64,000 nt of DNA from Octopus vulgaris (GCA_951406725.2 OX597823.1:110546001-110610000), one strand, 5' to 3'. Counted from the stretch's first letter, positions 28,091 through 41,429 are shown. The notes: generated by a model from the letters alone, not told the origin. Made by a program: numbers and translations.

Positions 28091-28402
28091 TTAAAGATTG
28101 ATGAAACAATGTGCCAGTGAAGAAAAAGTTTTAATTGATAACATTCACTTAATCACTCCTGAAAATTGCAGGCTTCTGTTTGAAACAATTTGTGCTCACA
28201 AATACTGCCCACATCCTTAGAAAACTTTATCCATTTAAACGTCTGTGTTGTATTATATGAAGATATATTGCTACTGCCCCTGCCAATTACCCACTTCCCA
28301 CAAGCTTTCAGTCATACTATAACATCTCTTATCCTTCACTCACCCCTGGACACTGGGTGTATCTCAGCAAGTAATTGGAACAAAACATGCAGATTAAAAG
28401 TA

Positions 28403-28473
<71 letters not shown>

Positions 28474-28474
<1 letters not shown>

Positions 28475-28874
28475 TGTTATTACTCGTCAGCCAGATATTG
28501 TCATATTGAATAAGAGAGACAATACTGTCAGATCATTGATGTAGCCATACCAAATGACATGAATGTTGTGAGTAAAGAGGTAGAAAAAAATCACCAAGTA
28601 CTCCGAATTGAAAGTGGAAATGGCAAACTGCATGGAATGCAAGAGGGCAATGTAAAAGTGATACCAGTGGTGATTGGGACGTTGGGCTCATTTCCATTGA
28701 AACTTCAAGACTTCTTAGGGTAACTGGAAATCCCATACAAGATTGATGTCTTGCAAAAAGCAGCCTTATTGGGTACAGCACACATCTTAAGGAAAGTATT
28801 ATCTGTCTGAGGACCTTGTGACTTGACAGATTACTAAGGACTCCAGTGCATTTTTACCTACACTGTGTTACGAA

Positions 28875-28875
<1 letters not shown>
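28474..28875 (+). mobile_element. REL-endonuclease non-LTR retrotransposon (R4/Dong-like), 3' fragment in (TAA)n
   Basis: Frameshifted QPDIVIL...QIIDVAIPND...KVIPVVIGTLG...LQKAALLGTAHILRKVLSV*; (TAA)n on both sides. Confidence 0.88.
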
Positions 28876-28916
<41 letters not shown>

Positions 28917-29446
28917 GCCCTGATGCAGTACCAGGCAGTGGCTCTCATGGCTTCTGATCTTAACTGATTGGAAGTGTTATCATGTACATTGTTTTGTCTT
29001 GGTATAAAAGATGGGCTACAGCAAATATTCTGCTCAATACCACAGATTTGCTTGTCAGTTGTTTGACCTTAACCAGTTGAGCATGTCCCTTAGTGGCTGA
29101 CGATATGTGCATCTCTGATCATGAGCAGAAGTAGTGGGGGAGCATCATGGCCATGTGTTGAGAGGGATTCTTTGGAGTTTGAATGGTTCACCTCTGGAAA
29201 CATAGGTGTTTCGTTCAACATCCTAAAGCAACCCTTATTCAGGGACCGTTTGAGCAGGATGGGCTACTCAACCTGAAGAAAATTCTAACTGGGCCCCACC
29301 TGCAAGGTCATGTGCTGTTTATCTTGATATGAGATCACCATGTCGCGCACATATGGTTGTGATGCATGTGCCTGGTGTACCTTTATCAGACGGGTAGACA
29401 GATTACTAAGGACTCCGGTGCATTTTTACCTACACTGTGTTACGAA

Positions 29447-29524
<78 letters not shown>

Positions 29525-30014
29525 GCTACAACAAAAACAACGATAATGGTTTCTGATTTAGGGCAATAGACCGATAGTTTTGAGGAAAGTTGCCTGGTCA
29601 ATAGTATACTGACCACAGTACTTGAGTGGAATTCTAATTTCATCTCAAAGACAAAAAGCAATATTGCCTTCAGTAGGGTTTGAACTCCTAGAGCAAAGAG
29701 TCAGAAGAAACTTTATTTCTGATACTCTAACAATTCTGTTAATCCAAATAAATACTAATGATAACTAAAACAATGATAATAATGATAAGAATTTTGCAAA
29801 TCACGAAAAAAAAATGTAGCAAGTCTTGAAATTCCCCATTAGATTAATTAATACAGTTTTTTTCGTTAATTCATTTTGCCTTATTTATATTTATGGTGAA
29901 AGGGTGTTCAAATATTAATTAGTAATTAAAAAAAACATTTCCAATCATATATATATATATACATACACATTATATATGTGTGTGTATATATATATATATG
30001 TATATATGTGTGTG

Positions 30015-30050
<36 letters not shown>

Positions 30051-30734
30051 CACACATATATACATGTACATATATATATATGTTTGTATTATATTGTATT
30101 AAATTATATTATTTGGGGGTTGTATTTACACTACTTTTTGTTGCTTTTATTATTATCGTTATCATTATTATCATTATCATTATCATCATTATTATTATTA
30201 TTTTTATTTTTATTATTATTATTATCATTATTATCATTATTATTTCCAATGTCATTATTGTTGTTGTTTTTTTTTTTTGTAGCCTTCTCCACCATCATAA
30301 TGGTATTAAACTGATTTTATTAAACAAAGCAGTAAAATATTTCCTTCCAGTCAGCTGCTAACAAAAATAATTATATGAGAAAAAAAAAATACAAATAAAA
30401 AAATTGAGAAATTTTATGAAAAAAGCATAAACAACAACAAAAATAGAAAATAAACAATATTTATAAACTAAAGATGGTGATGATAATGATAATGATAATT
30501 CACTATTGTCTTGATATTTGTTATTGCTCTGAAATAATGATGATGATGATGATGATGTTGAGGATGTACAATAACAATAATGATAACAACAACAACAATT
30601 ATAGTAATGATGATGATATTTACAACAAAGGCAAAAGAAAGTGAGACAGAGACATTATCAGTATATACATTTCTCTCACTAGTTATGTGTGCATACACAT
30701 ACATTCAAGTATGCATTTTTGTATACATACATAC

Positions 30735-30782
<48 letters not shown>

Positions 30783-30794
30783 CATATATGTATA

Positions 30795-30830
<36 letters not shown>

Positions 30831-30946
30831 TGTATGTATATGTGTATATATACTTAAATGTATAGATAAAGAAATATACACACATACACACGCACAATCA
30901 AACATAAAAAGAGAGATTTGGAAGCAGTTACATTATATACATACTC

Positions 30947-30977
<31 letters not shown>

Positions 30978-32582
30978 CCTACATTTTTGTATGTATATAT
31001 ATATATATATATATATACATATTCATAGAAATATATATGTACACACAACTTTTTCTTTTATATGTGTTTTCAAACTCCAAGAAAAAATTTGTTCCAGTTT
31101 TCAGAGAAATTTCATTTTTTTTTCTTTTGATTTTTTTTTTTCATATACAGTAGCTTGAGAGGACTGATTAGCTTAATTTAATGAATAAAATTCAGCAATT
31201 CCCCCTGAAAACCAATAAAACAAAACCATTAAATAAGTAAATATGTAAATGTATAAAAAATATATATATGGGGAAAAAAACTAATGAAATTAAGGAAGAA
31301 AAACTAAAGTTGAGGGCAAAAATATTTTCATACATAAATATTCTTACATATATATTTAAACAAATATAGTTATACATAGACATATACATTCACACACACA
31401 CATGCACACACACACACAATTTTGTGTGTGTGTATGCAATTTTTCGAGATTTATGTGGCAATGATATAATTCTATGTGCTTATATTAACACTAAGAATAT
31501 CCACCAATTTATTATAACGAATAAGCAGAAACACAAATATATGTTGTTAAGTGTAAATATATCTATGTATGTGTGTATAGATATACATACATTTAAATAT
31601 AGGTAAACACACACACACACAAGAGTGTGTGTGCGTGTGTGTGTGTGTATGTGTTTATATATTTATGAATGTATAAATTATAATTAATACTTGTTAATTA
31701 AATAAATTTGGTTGAAAGTAAAAGTGAATATTTCACCCCGCATTTTAGCAAGCTAATTTCATATTAGGGCTAATTCATGAAAACATATATGTATATGTAT
31801 GTGTGTATATATGTGTGTGTGTGTGTGTGTATGGGTGTGTGTATATAATGCTTTTCATTTTCATTAATTTTTTCTCAATACACTTATTAATTTTTCATTT
31901 AACATTTTTGTTAATTTAATAATAGTAATAATGATAATAATATGATCAATACTATACATATATATTTGAAAACAATATGAAAGCTGTTCAAAGGGAAACG
32001 CATCTCCATCTCCCAACTTTCCTCTGAAATGTGAAAGTACAATAAATTATAACAATTAAAAAACAACACATATATTTTTTTTATCATTTTTATTTTGCAA
32101 TATACTTGCAAAGTAAATTATCATTAATATTATGATAATTACTATTATTATCATTATTGTTATAATCATAATTTTATTATCATCGTTATTGCTTTTCTTT
32201 TGCTATCTTTTTGATTCATCATTCTGTTTCATAATTATATTTAATAAAGAACTTTTTTACCATAAGGGTAAGGCTTGAATTTCTCTTGGGCCTCTTCATT
32301 CTTTCCTTTTGTTTTTCATTTTATATTACTGTTTTAAGCTTTTTGTTCTATTATCCAAGAGCTAGCAAAATAGTTATTGAAGGGTAGTTTTATTAAATGC
32401 AATTTTTTGTTCAAATACAAAAACCCACATATGCATGCATGCTCTGACACACTCATACACTCTTATTGCACACATACACCAGCAAATACACACACATATA
32501 TCATCATAATCATGATCACGATCATCATTATACAGCAGTATGATCTATCAACATTTTCCATGCCTCTTTCTCTTTCTCTTTG

Positions 32583-32642
<60 letters not shown>

Positions 32643-32694
32643 TACATACATACATACATATATACACAAACAAAAAGAACTCTTTTACTTTTGG

Positions 32695-32728
<34 letters not shown>

Positions 32729-33079
32729 TGAAAGTATACGTACGCTGCTCTATGTATATATAAATTTAAAAAATGGAACAAAAGCACAACAGACAACAAT
32801 AAAACACCTGGACAAATAGACGATACAAAGATGGACAGGAAAAAATAAGGAGTCATTTGCAGCTTTCTCTCCTCAGTCAAGTTTCCAGATTATCCTTACA
32901 GTTTCAGTGGAAGTAGCTTTTCTTTTCAGGATGTTTCATTGACAACTTGATTATGTTCTAGATTAAACATTCTCATCAAGTTTCCAAACTCATCTTTATC
33001 AGTGTTTTCAGGCAATCACATCCTCATTTTCTGCAAGTGGAGTCGTTTTCATTTCTGTCCAATCACTATTATCTAAGCC

Positions 33080-33988
33080 ATAATTGACAACGATGCCTGC
33101 AAGTCAATCAGGTCTATCTCCAGGGACATGGGAGTGTCTGAATTTTTTTGTCAGGCAGGTAGTGATTGAAGACATTTGGTATACCTCATACAAGATGAGA
33201 AAGGGCCAATTTTTTTCTCAAGCCTTCAAGGACTAGAAGAAAGTCCATGCTACAAAGCTTTTGAACGAACTCTAGCATCCCCTCCAACCGATCATGCTTT
33301 GTTTTTTCTCAGATGAGAAAACTTTCTGTCAGAATCAGGTGATGAACACATCTGGCTTATCATGTTCCCAAAACATGTACCAAGAGTGATAAAAATCAAA
33401 CATACAGTCAACCTCATGGTGCTTAGTGCGACTGCTAATGATGGTGACATTATGTCTCCCTTCATCTTCCCACAGGATCTCATACTTAACATGGAGGCCT
33501 ACATCAAGTGCTTGGAGAAGAGTAGTGCTGCCCTGGGTCAAGATGATGCCATCTGGAAGATCCTATATCTGGCAACGGGCACCCAAGCAGAAGAACACAA
33601 TCATGACTGTCAGACAATTTCTGCGACTACCTCACTCCTAACATCTGGCTACCTAACTTCCCAGAATGCAATCCCTTGATTATTATGTGTGGGGTGCAGT
33701 TGAGTGAGAGACCAACAAAACTCCTTGTAATACCAAAGATGAACTGAAGGCAATGATTATGACAGCATTTACCAACTTAAACAAGGAGACCATCCAGAAA
33801 AGTTACAGGAGATTCCGAAATCGTCTGGAGGCTGTGATTGAAACCAATGGCAATTTTATTGAAAAAATTTACTCATTAGTATTTCAAGATATTTTTATGT
33901 AATTTTGGTAAATATATCTGTTAAAATGAGATATCAGTGTTATTTTCATTTTTGCATTATTCAGACAATAATTTATTCCCCACAGCCT
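33080..33988 (+). pseudogene. Tc1/mariner-superfamily transposase remnant, probably DD37D (maT)
   Basis: KSIRSISRDMGVS, FFSDEK, GDIMSPFIFP, RVVLPWV..GRSYIWQ, IWLPN, LDYYVWGAVE and RRFRNRLEAVIETNGNFIE, with stops and frameshifts. The second catalytic D is deleted, so D-D spacing cannot be counted. Confidence 0.88.
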
Positions 33989-34240
33989 CTAGATTTAAAA
34001 TAAATGTGAAAACTAATTTCTGTGTGTCAGTGTGTCACACTTCGACCCCACTCTCCCACTATTCATTGACACTCCTACTATTACTCATGTTGGAGTGAGA
34101 GTAATAGTAGGCATAGAGACAATAGCAGATTGACAGTTGTGATGGTCATGGGGTGAAAGTAATAGTATGTGCTGTAGTTGTGATAGACATGGAGGCAATG
34201 GTGATGATGGTGGTGGTGATGAGATACTTAATTGTACCAT

Positions 34241-34664
34241 ATACATTATTTACATTATTTACATTATTTACATTATACATTATTTACATTATTTACATTA
34301 TTTACATTATACATTATTTACATTATTTACATTTGACGGATATTTGTCCTCATCTTGTTTGTTGTTAACACATCTTTTTGCTTTCGTCAGGTGTCTTGGG
34401 GAAATTTTGAACCTGGGTTCTCATTCCTAAGGTATTTTTCGATGTTGTTATTATTATTATTATTATTATACAGGTCACTGCCTGGAATTGAACTTGGAAT
34501 ATTGGGCATATAGTTTCATGGTTAAGAGCGTGGGCTGCTAACCCCAAGATTCCAAGTTGGATTCCAGGCAGTGACCTGAATAATAAAATTAAAAATAATA
34601 ATAATAATAATAATAATAGTAGCAACAACAACAACAGCAACATCGAAAAGTACCTTAGAAATGA
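34241..34664. mobile_element. Head-to-head inverted element with tRNA-like head, hammerhead remnant and 9-bp tandem tail
   Basis: Arms 34421-34506 / 34543-34664; tRNA-like 34504-34576; CTGACGA on minus at 34384-34390; (tacattatt)n at 34241-34332. Confidence 0.7.
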
Positions 34665-34769
34665 TTTGTCCACTCATATATATATACACAGTACATGTAT
34701 CACTATACATAAATGTAATTGTAATAAGTATGTTATATGTAAATATATCAGAATAACATTTAGAATAAC

Positions 34770-34928
34770 ACTTAGCGGTTCGGCAAAAGAGTCCGATAGA
34801 ATAAGTACTGGGCTTACAAAGAATAAGTCCCGGGGTCGATTTGCTCGACTAAAGGCGGTGCTCCAGCATGGCCGCAGTCAAATGACTGAAACAAGTAAAA
34901 GAGTAAAAGAGTAAAGAGTAAAAAGAGT
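34770..34928 (+). mobile_element. SINE family A, 3' fragment
   Basis: cttagcggttcggcaaaagag...gactgaaacaagtaaaagagtaaaagag. Confidence 0.88.
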
Positions 34929-35867
34929 ATATATAGTGGTACATATATAACTGGGGTTGATGTAATCGACTTAGCCCCCCACCTCCCAAAACTTGCTGGG
35001 CTTGTACCAAACTTTGAAGCCAGTATTCATACACATATATACGTGTGTATGTCTGTGGGTAAGTTTGTGCAGGTGTGTCTAAGCCATACCAATTAGGTTT
35101 CAGTAATCAGGTGTTGCACAATATGATCCTATATTGCAAGTAGGATCAAATCAGGAAACGAGTAATTGCAAAGTGAAATTCATAACCACATGAACATTCC
35201 TTGTGACAAGATACAAGCTTACCATAGCAACAGCTGTTTCAGCTCTTCATCAGCCGAGACTTAGTAAAATTGAGCAATATTACGTCTTTATTACTTTTAC
35301 TGTATTTCTGTTCTTTTGTCAAACTTACACTAAAAATATTTATGTTCAGAATACAGATATATCATTATGTACAACTTGCTGTTTAAGTACATAAATATCT
35401 TTGTTTAACTTAAGTTTCTTCATGAAATTTAAACATCTTAAGTGAATATACTATTTTATCATTGACTAGTCTATTAACCAGTCTAATGTTAATAAACACA
35501 CACACACACACAAAACTGCTTTTATAGATAACAAACCAAACTACATAAATCTTGCAAAATATGTTTTCCAAACAATAAATTCTCAAAATAAATTTTTCAA
35601 ACAAAGCAATTAGTAAAAGCAACAAATTTAGGAGAAAAACAAAAGACACGACAAAAATAAAATGGCGCTCAGATAATGAATGTGCAATAAAAGTGTCATA
35701 ATACATAGTTCCAAAGGAAAGGTAGTTTAGCATTTAATTCTGTGAATCAGTGATATGATATGACTGGTACTTACTGTTTAACTCTGGACTGATTGTAGGA
35801 CTGGAAACTGGTGCATAAGATGTGAAGTAGGGTTGGTGAAGTGTAAAACTGGAAGTTGATTGTTTAA

Positions 35868-36502
35868 CCCATTGGTAAGCTGGCAGAAACATTAGCACGC
35901 TGGGCGAAATGCTTAGCGGTATTTCGTCTGCCATTACGTTCTGAGTCCAAATTCTGCCGAGGTCGCTTTTGCCTTTCATCTTTTCGGGGTCGATAAATTA
36001 AGTACCAGTTACGCACTGGGGTCAATATAATCGACTTAATCCGTTTGTCTGTCCTTGTTTGTCCTCTCTATGTTTAGCCCCTTGTGGGTAGTAAAGAAAT
36101 AGGTATTTCGTCTGCCGTTACGTTCTGAGTTCAAATTCCGCTGAGGTCAACTTTGCCTTTCATCCTTTCGGGGTCGATAAATTAAATACCAGTGACGCAC
36201 TGGGGTCAATATAATCGACTTAATCCGTCTGTCTGTCCTTGTTTGTCTCCTCTGTGTTTAGCCCCTTGTGGGTAGTAAAGAAATAGGTATTCAGATTCTT
36301 CTAATACCAAACATGATGCTTTTAATTCACTTTGTATTGAATTAATTATGCTTTATCTCAGAGCTGTGAGATTTCTGTGATGTGACTCTTTGCTTTGGGA
36401 ATGATATTGTGGAGTTGGTTGAAGAGACTGGATCTAGCTGGTTTTGAAACAAAAGGGGGTAAAATATTTGGGCCGGACATGGCCGATTTGAATGCTAATG
36501 TG
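35868..36502. mobile_element. TTAA MITE (same family as 27872-28090, inverted) split by a family E SINE dimer
   Basis: ttaa|cccattggta [SINE] ttcaga...tttgaatgctaatgtg|ttaa. Confidence 0.65.
35875..36285 (+). mobile_element. SINE family E (Nin-domain-like), tandem dimer
   Basis: Unit 1 at 35875-36101, unit 2 at 36102-36285 lacking the first ~45 nt; core gccgaggtcg.ctttgcctttcatcctttcggggtcgataaa..aagtaccag resembles the Nin/Deu SINE domain. Confidence 0.85.
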
Positions 36503-36950
36503 TTAATCAGTTACTGTATAATCTTCCTTGTACTCCTCTTCTTCCTCCCTATCCTCCTCCTCCTCCTTATTATCGTCTTCATCATCATTATCGTCTTCAT
36601 CATCATCGTCATCATCATCTTCTTCTTCTTCTTTTTCTTCTTCTTCTTCTTCTTCTTCTTCTTCTTCATCATCATCATCATCATCATTGGTAGCGGCAGC
36701 AGCAACGACAACAACAACAACAGATTGAGGCTGCTTATCATCATCATCAAATCAACATAACGTATTATTATCATCACCATCATCATCATTATTATTGTCG
36801 ATCAATTACATTTTTTACTGCCGTCATCATTGATACATTCTATATGATTCACTTACCATGTCTGCATTAGTGAAACAAAACTTCACAAGCATTATTTTGA
36901 CCTTGGCCACAAACAATATTTCCTGTTGTGAGGACAACATTATAAAGAAC

Positions 36951-37004
<54 letters not shown>

Positions 37005-37005
<1 letters not shown>

Positions 37006-37258
37006 GAGGTGCGTGGCTTAGTGGTTAGGGTGTCAGCATCATGATCGTAAGATTGTGGTTTCGATTCCTGGGCCGGGCGAGGCTTTGTGTTCTTAAGCAA
37101 AACACTTCATTTCACATTGCTCTAGTCCACTCAGCTGGCAAAAATGAGTAACGCTGTGATGGACTGGCGTCCCATCCAGCTGGGAGACACATATGCCATA
37201 GAAACCAGGAAACCGGGCCCATAAGCCTGGCTAGGCTTTAAAAGGGTGCATTTATTTT
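37005..37258 (+). mobile_element. SINE family C, full length
   Basis: tRNA-like head ggaggtgcgtggcttagtggttagg...ggtttcgattcc; contains gatggactggcgtcccatccag (V/Meta-domain-like motif). Confidence 0.88.
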
Positions 37259-37268
37259 ATATATATAT

Positions 37269-37420
37269 ATACAAAATTTAGATGACTGACCACTAGTGGT
37301 CAGTCCTCTAAATTTTGTATGTAATAGAATTTTTAATCTTCAGATTTTTTTTAAATATGCTAGGCCACTGGTTTTAATTGATTAATATCAATTTCTACCC
37401 TTATTTAATTTTAAATTTTT
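37269..37420. mobile_element. (TA)n-flanked AT-rich cassette ending in a 52-bp palindrome (37269-37320)
   Basis: atacaaaatttagatgactgaccact|agtggtcagtcctctaaattttgtat, one mismatch. Confidence 0.8.
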
Positions 37421-37762
37421 ATATATATATATATATATGTAATTATGTGGGCATACATATATATGTATAATGATATATGCAAACATATATTCATACATAT
37501 ACAAGGGGGGAAATATTACCATACTGGAAAACAGGTGAGGGTTAGCAGCAGGAAAGGCATCCAGCCATAGGAAATTTGCCTGAACAACTTTCAATCCACT
37601 TACACGGATATTGAAAAGTGTACATTAAAACAATGATCATGATGATGACGATGACGACAACTACAAAGACAACGACGGCGACGATGATGATGATGATGAT
37701 GATTTGTTAACAGCAGCAATAACACCATGAACAACCCCAGGAACAGCGGCAACAACTACAAT

Positions 37763-37828
<66 letters not shown>

Positions 37829-37857
37829 CCCCACCCCCAACTACCACCACCACCACC

Positions 37858-37895
<38 letters not shown>

Positions 37896-38763
37896 AATTT
37901 ATATGAAGGAGTCACTTCACAGTTATCCAACCTACAAGAAACAGTTGCCAAATTTTTTCCCAAATACCACTAGGTTGGTTTTAGAATGAAGACCACCTCA
38001 TCCTGTTGTGGTCCAGATGTACAAAAAGGCAGTTTGGTCACAGTTGGATTGCTTTTGCTCATAGTTCTATGTGATCATAGCAGACCTATGTCCTCTTTAT
38101 TGTTACTGCTACTGTTGTTGTTGCTTGACCCGGGGTTAAACGACAACAGAATGCATGACAAGAATGCACACAAATACTACTCCCTCTCTTTCCCACCTTG
38201 TTGTTGAGTGACACTACAATAACAACGACAAGAACAATCACAAGAAGGCCCTCTATCAGCAGGAGCTTGAGAGAAGCGAGCAACAACAACAACAACAACA
38301 ACAGCAACAATACCAAAAATATAAATAAGGATACCAAAGGTGGCAACAACAATATAAAGAAACACCAGCAAAATGTACAACAACAACAACAACAACACAA
38401 AGAATAATGGCAACAACAATAAAAAGTGAAGATACAAGCAAGAATAGCAACAACAACAATAATAATGTCAGCAATAATGATAGCAACAAAAACTATGACA
38501 AACAATAAAGAAAGCAACATTGCTAACGTCAACAACAACAACAATTGCGTTAATATGGTGAAAACTTCTTTCACCAAACCATATTTCACTGCTTTTTTCT
38601 TTTTGCTTTTGAATTCTTCGAAGAAGTACTGTGCATACACACACACAGACACACACGCACACACATGCACACACACCTGTCCACATGCATAAGTATATGT
38701 ATGCATAAGTATGAATGTGTGTGTGTACACACACACACACACATATATATATATGCACACACA

Positions 38764-38814
<51 letters not shown>

Positions 38815-38831
38815 AATACATATATATATGT

Positions 38832-38909
38832 ACAAGTATACATATATATAGATACAGTGTAAAAGGGATAAATTATACATGCATACATATATATACATAC
38901 ATATATATG

Positions 38910-38945
<36 letters not shown>

Positions 38946-39085
38946 CATACAAACATATGTGTACACACACACATACATATATATACATATATATATATGT
39001 ACAAGTATACATATATATAGATAGAGTGTAAAAGGGCTAAATTATACATACATGCATATATATACATACATATGCTTATATATAT
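38832..39085. repeat. Tandem duplication, period ~170 bp
   Basis: acaagtatacatatatatagata.agtgtaaaaggg.taaattataca at 38832 and 39001. Confidence 0.85.
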
Positions 39086-39436
39086 ATATATATATATATA
39101 GCGGACGTTAAACGATGATGATGATATATATATATATATATATATACATGTATATATATGTACACACACATACACACATATTCATATATATATCTGTGTG
39201 TATATATATATATATATAGGCATAATTATATGTATGTACATTTATTTATATATTATGCAAACATTTGTGCTCACACACTTGTAAAGAGACACACAGACAC
39301 CTTGTCATGTTGCACAAACAAATTGTGTGTTTGTATGTATGTTCCTGTATGTAACTATTTGTTACTACGTGTACGCATGTTTACTTATTCGGGATGTGTG
39401 ATGGGTAACTTAGGGTTGCAAGCATCAGTGTAAGAG

Positions 39437-39474
<38 letters not shown>

Positions 39475-39799
39475 GAGAGAGTACAAGAGGAAGAAAGAGA
39501 GAGAGTGAAAGAGCGAAAAAGGGTGGGTAGAGAAACAGAGAGCGGGAGTGTGAGAGAGCGAGAGAGAGGGTGGGTGGGTGGTGTGTGTTGGTTGTTATTT
39601 ATTCGTTATGATTAAGGTGTTGGGCTGTGATGATGACTTCATAAGAACATATAACGTCGATGGTCCAATATAAGGAAATATCTGGAGAAAGTCTTTGACC
39701 AAATTATCCATGCTTCATGCAACCGAATCAAAGAAATGGGCGGACACCTAGATTACTTGCTAAAATATCTCGCTACACAAGGTGGAAAGATTTGGAGAG

Positions 39800-40755
39800 G
39801 TGGGTGGTGAGGTGTGGTGGTGAGGTGTGGTGGTGAGGTGTGGTGGTGAGGTGAGGCCTTTTTTTTTTGTTTTTTCTTATTTTTTTTTAATTTGTGTTTG
39901 TGTTGGTGTTGATGTTGTTTTTGTTGTTATTGTTATTGGTATTGGTGTTTTGTGGTGGTAGTGGTTGTAGTGGTAGCAGTTGTGGTGATAGCGGTTGTGG
40001 CGGTGGTGGTGGTGGCATGTAGAGTGGTCGTAGTTGAGGTAGTGGTGGTTGTAGTGGTAGTGGTGGTAGTAGTGGTAGTGATTGTGGTTGTAGTGGTGGA
40101 GGTAGGGTGATGGTGGGGGTGGGTGTGGTTGTGGTTATTGTAGTGGTAGCGGTTGTGGTGGTTGGGGTGGCAGTGGTTGTGGTGGTGGTTGTAGTGGTGG
40201 GTTTGGTGGTGGTGTGTATGGTGATCATAGTTGTGGTTGTGGTGGTAGCAGTTGTAGTGGTAGCGATGGTGGTGGTCATTGTAGTTGTGGTGGTGGTGTG
40301 GTTGTGTTGGTAGCAGTTGTAATGGTAGCAGTGGTTGTGGTGGTGGTGGTGGTGGTTGTGGTGGTGGTGTATATGGTGGTGGTTTTGGTGGTAGCAGTTA
40401 TAGTGGTAGCAGTGGTGGTGGTGGTGGTGGTGGTGGTGTTTGTAGCAGTTGTGGTGGTAGTGTTGGCTTTGGTGGTAGTGGTTGTGGTGGTGAATGCTGT
40501 TGTTGTGGTAGTAGTGGATGGGTGTTTACGTTGATGGTGTCACTGTTATTATTGTAGGCAAAGTTGCAGTTGCTGTTGTTTGTGGTGTTGGTGGAGTGAT
40601 TTGTTGTTGTTCTTGTTGGTGTTGTTGTTAATGTTGATATTGACAGTGTTGTCTGTGGTGGTGGTGTTGGCGATGTTGATGGTTGTATTGTTGGTTGTGT
40701 TGGTATTGGTCTTTGTGATGGTAATGCTGCTGCTGCTGCTGTTGCTGTTGCTGTT
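39800..40755. repeat. G/T-rich degenerate trinucleotide tract (GGT/GTA/GTT), starting with 13-bp gaggtgtggtggt repeats
   Basis: Direct reading; explains the poly-V, poly-T and poly-G ORFs. Confidence 0.92.
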
Positions 40756-41126
40756 GAGCGAAGCGGTCTGTTGTCCCAGAGCTCGCAGTGGGAGAAGTCC
40801 GAATCATGGTCCTTTGCTATTCGTAAGACCCGCAGAAGAGAAAGCAGGTCAACCCCCGACACCGAGAGCATCGACGGATGGATGAATGCGCATCCCATCC
40901 AGGCTCAGCAGTTGCGTAGGAAGTCGGGGATAAGAAACAGGAAGAAAGAGTGAGAGAAAGCTGGAGTGAAAGAGTACAAGAGGGGTCCTCACCACCCTCT
41001 GTTGGAGCCTCGTGGAGCTTTAGGTGTTTTTGCTCAATAATCCCACACAACGCCTGGTCTGGGAATCGAAACTTCGATCCTCCGATCGCGAGTCCGCTGC
41101 CCTAACCATTGAGCCATTGCACCTCC
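40754..41126 (-). mobile_element. SINE family B
   Basis: Colinear with 3003-3367. Confidence 0.87.
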
Positions 41127-41429
41127 AGGATGCTACTGCTGCTGCTGTTAAAGGTGCTGTGTATTACTGGTGGTGCTGTTGTTGGTGTTGGCATTGCCGT
41201 CAGTGGTATTGTAGTCGGTGACAATGTTTCTGCCGTTGGTCCTTGTAGTGGAATTACTACTAGTGTCATCTTCTTTTCTTTCACTTGCTGGGTGTGAAGG
41301 AAGGGGCATTGCCCATAGCCTCTACAAGCCCTCCTATACCACTGAGATTAGTGTTCTAGGAAGGATGTTTTAAGCTATTGATTAGTGGTGGCCATGATAG
41401 GTTTGGACAGCAAGAGTGATGAGAGAAGT

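Noticed and set aside
29097-29155. CTGACGA...GAAG hammerhead candidate
   Set aside because: GAAG rather than GAAA, and no correctly placed cleavage triplet or stem I.
34504-34576. tRNA-Ser(GCT) gene
   Set aside because: No long variable arm, poor acceptor stem, embedded in an inverted repeat; treated as a SINE-like head.
39887-40898. Mucin-like or Gly-rich ORFs
   Set aside because: All frames are open because of the degenerate trinucleotide tract; no splice or domain support.
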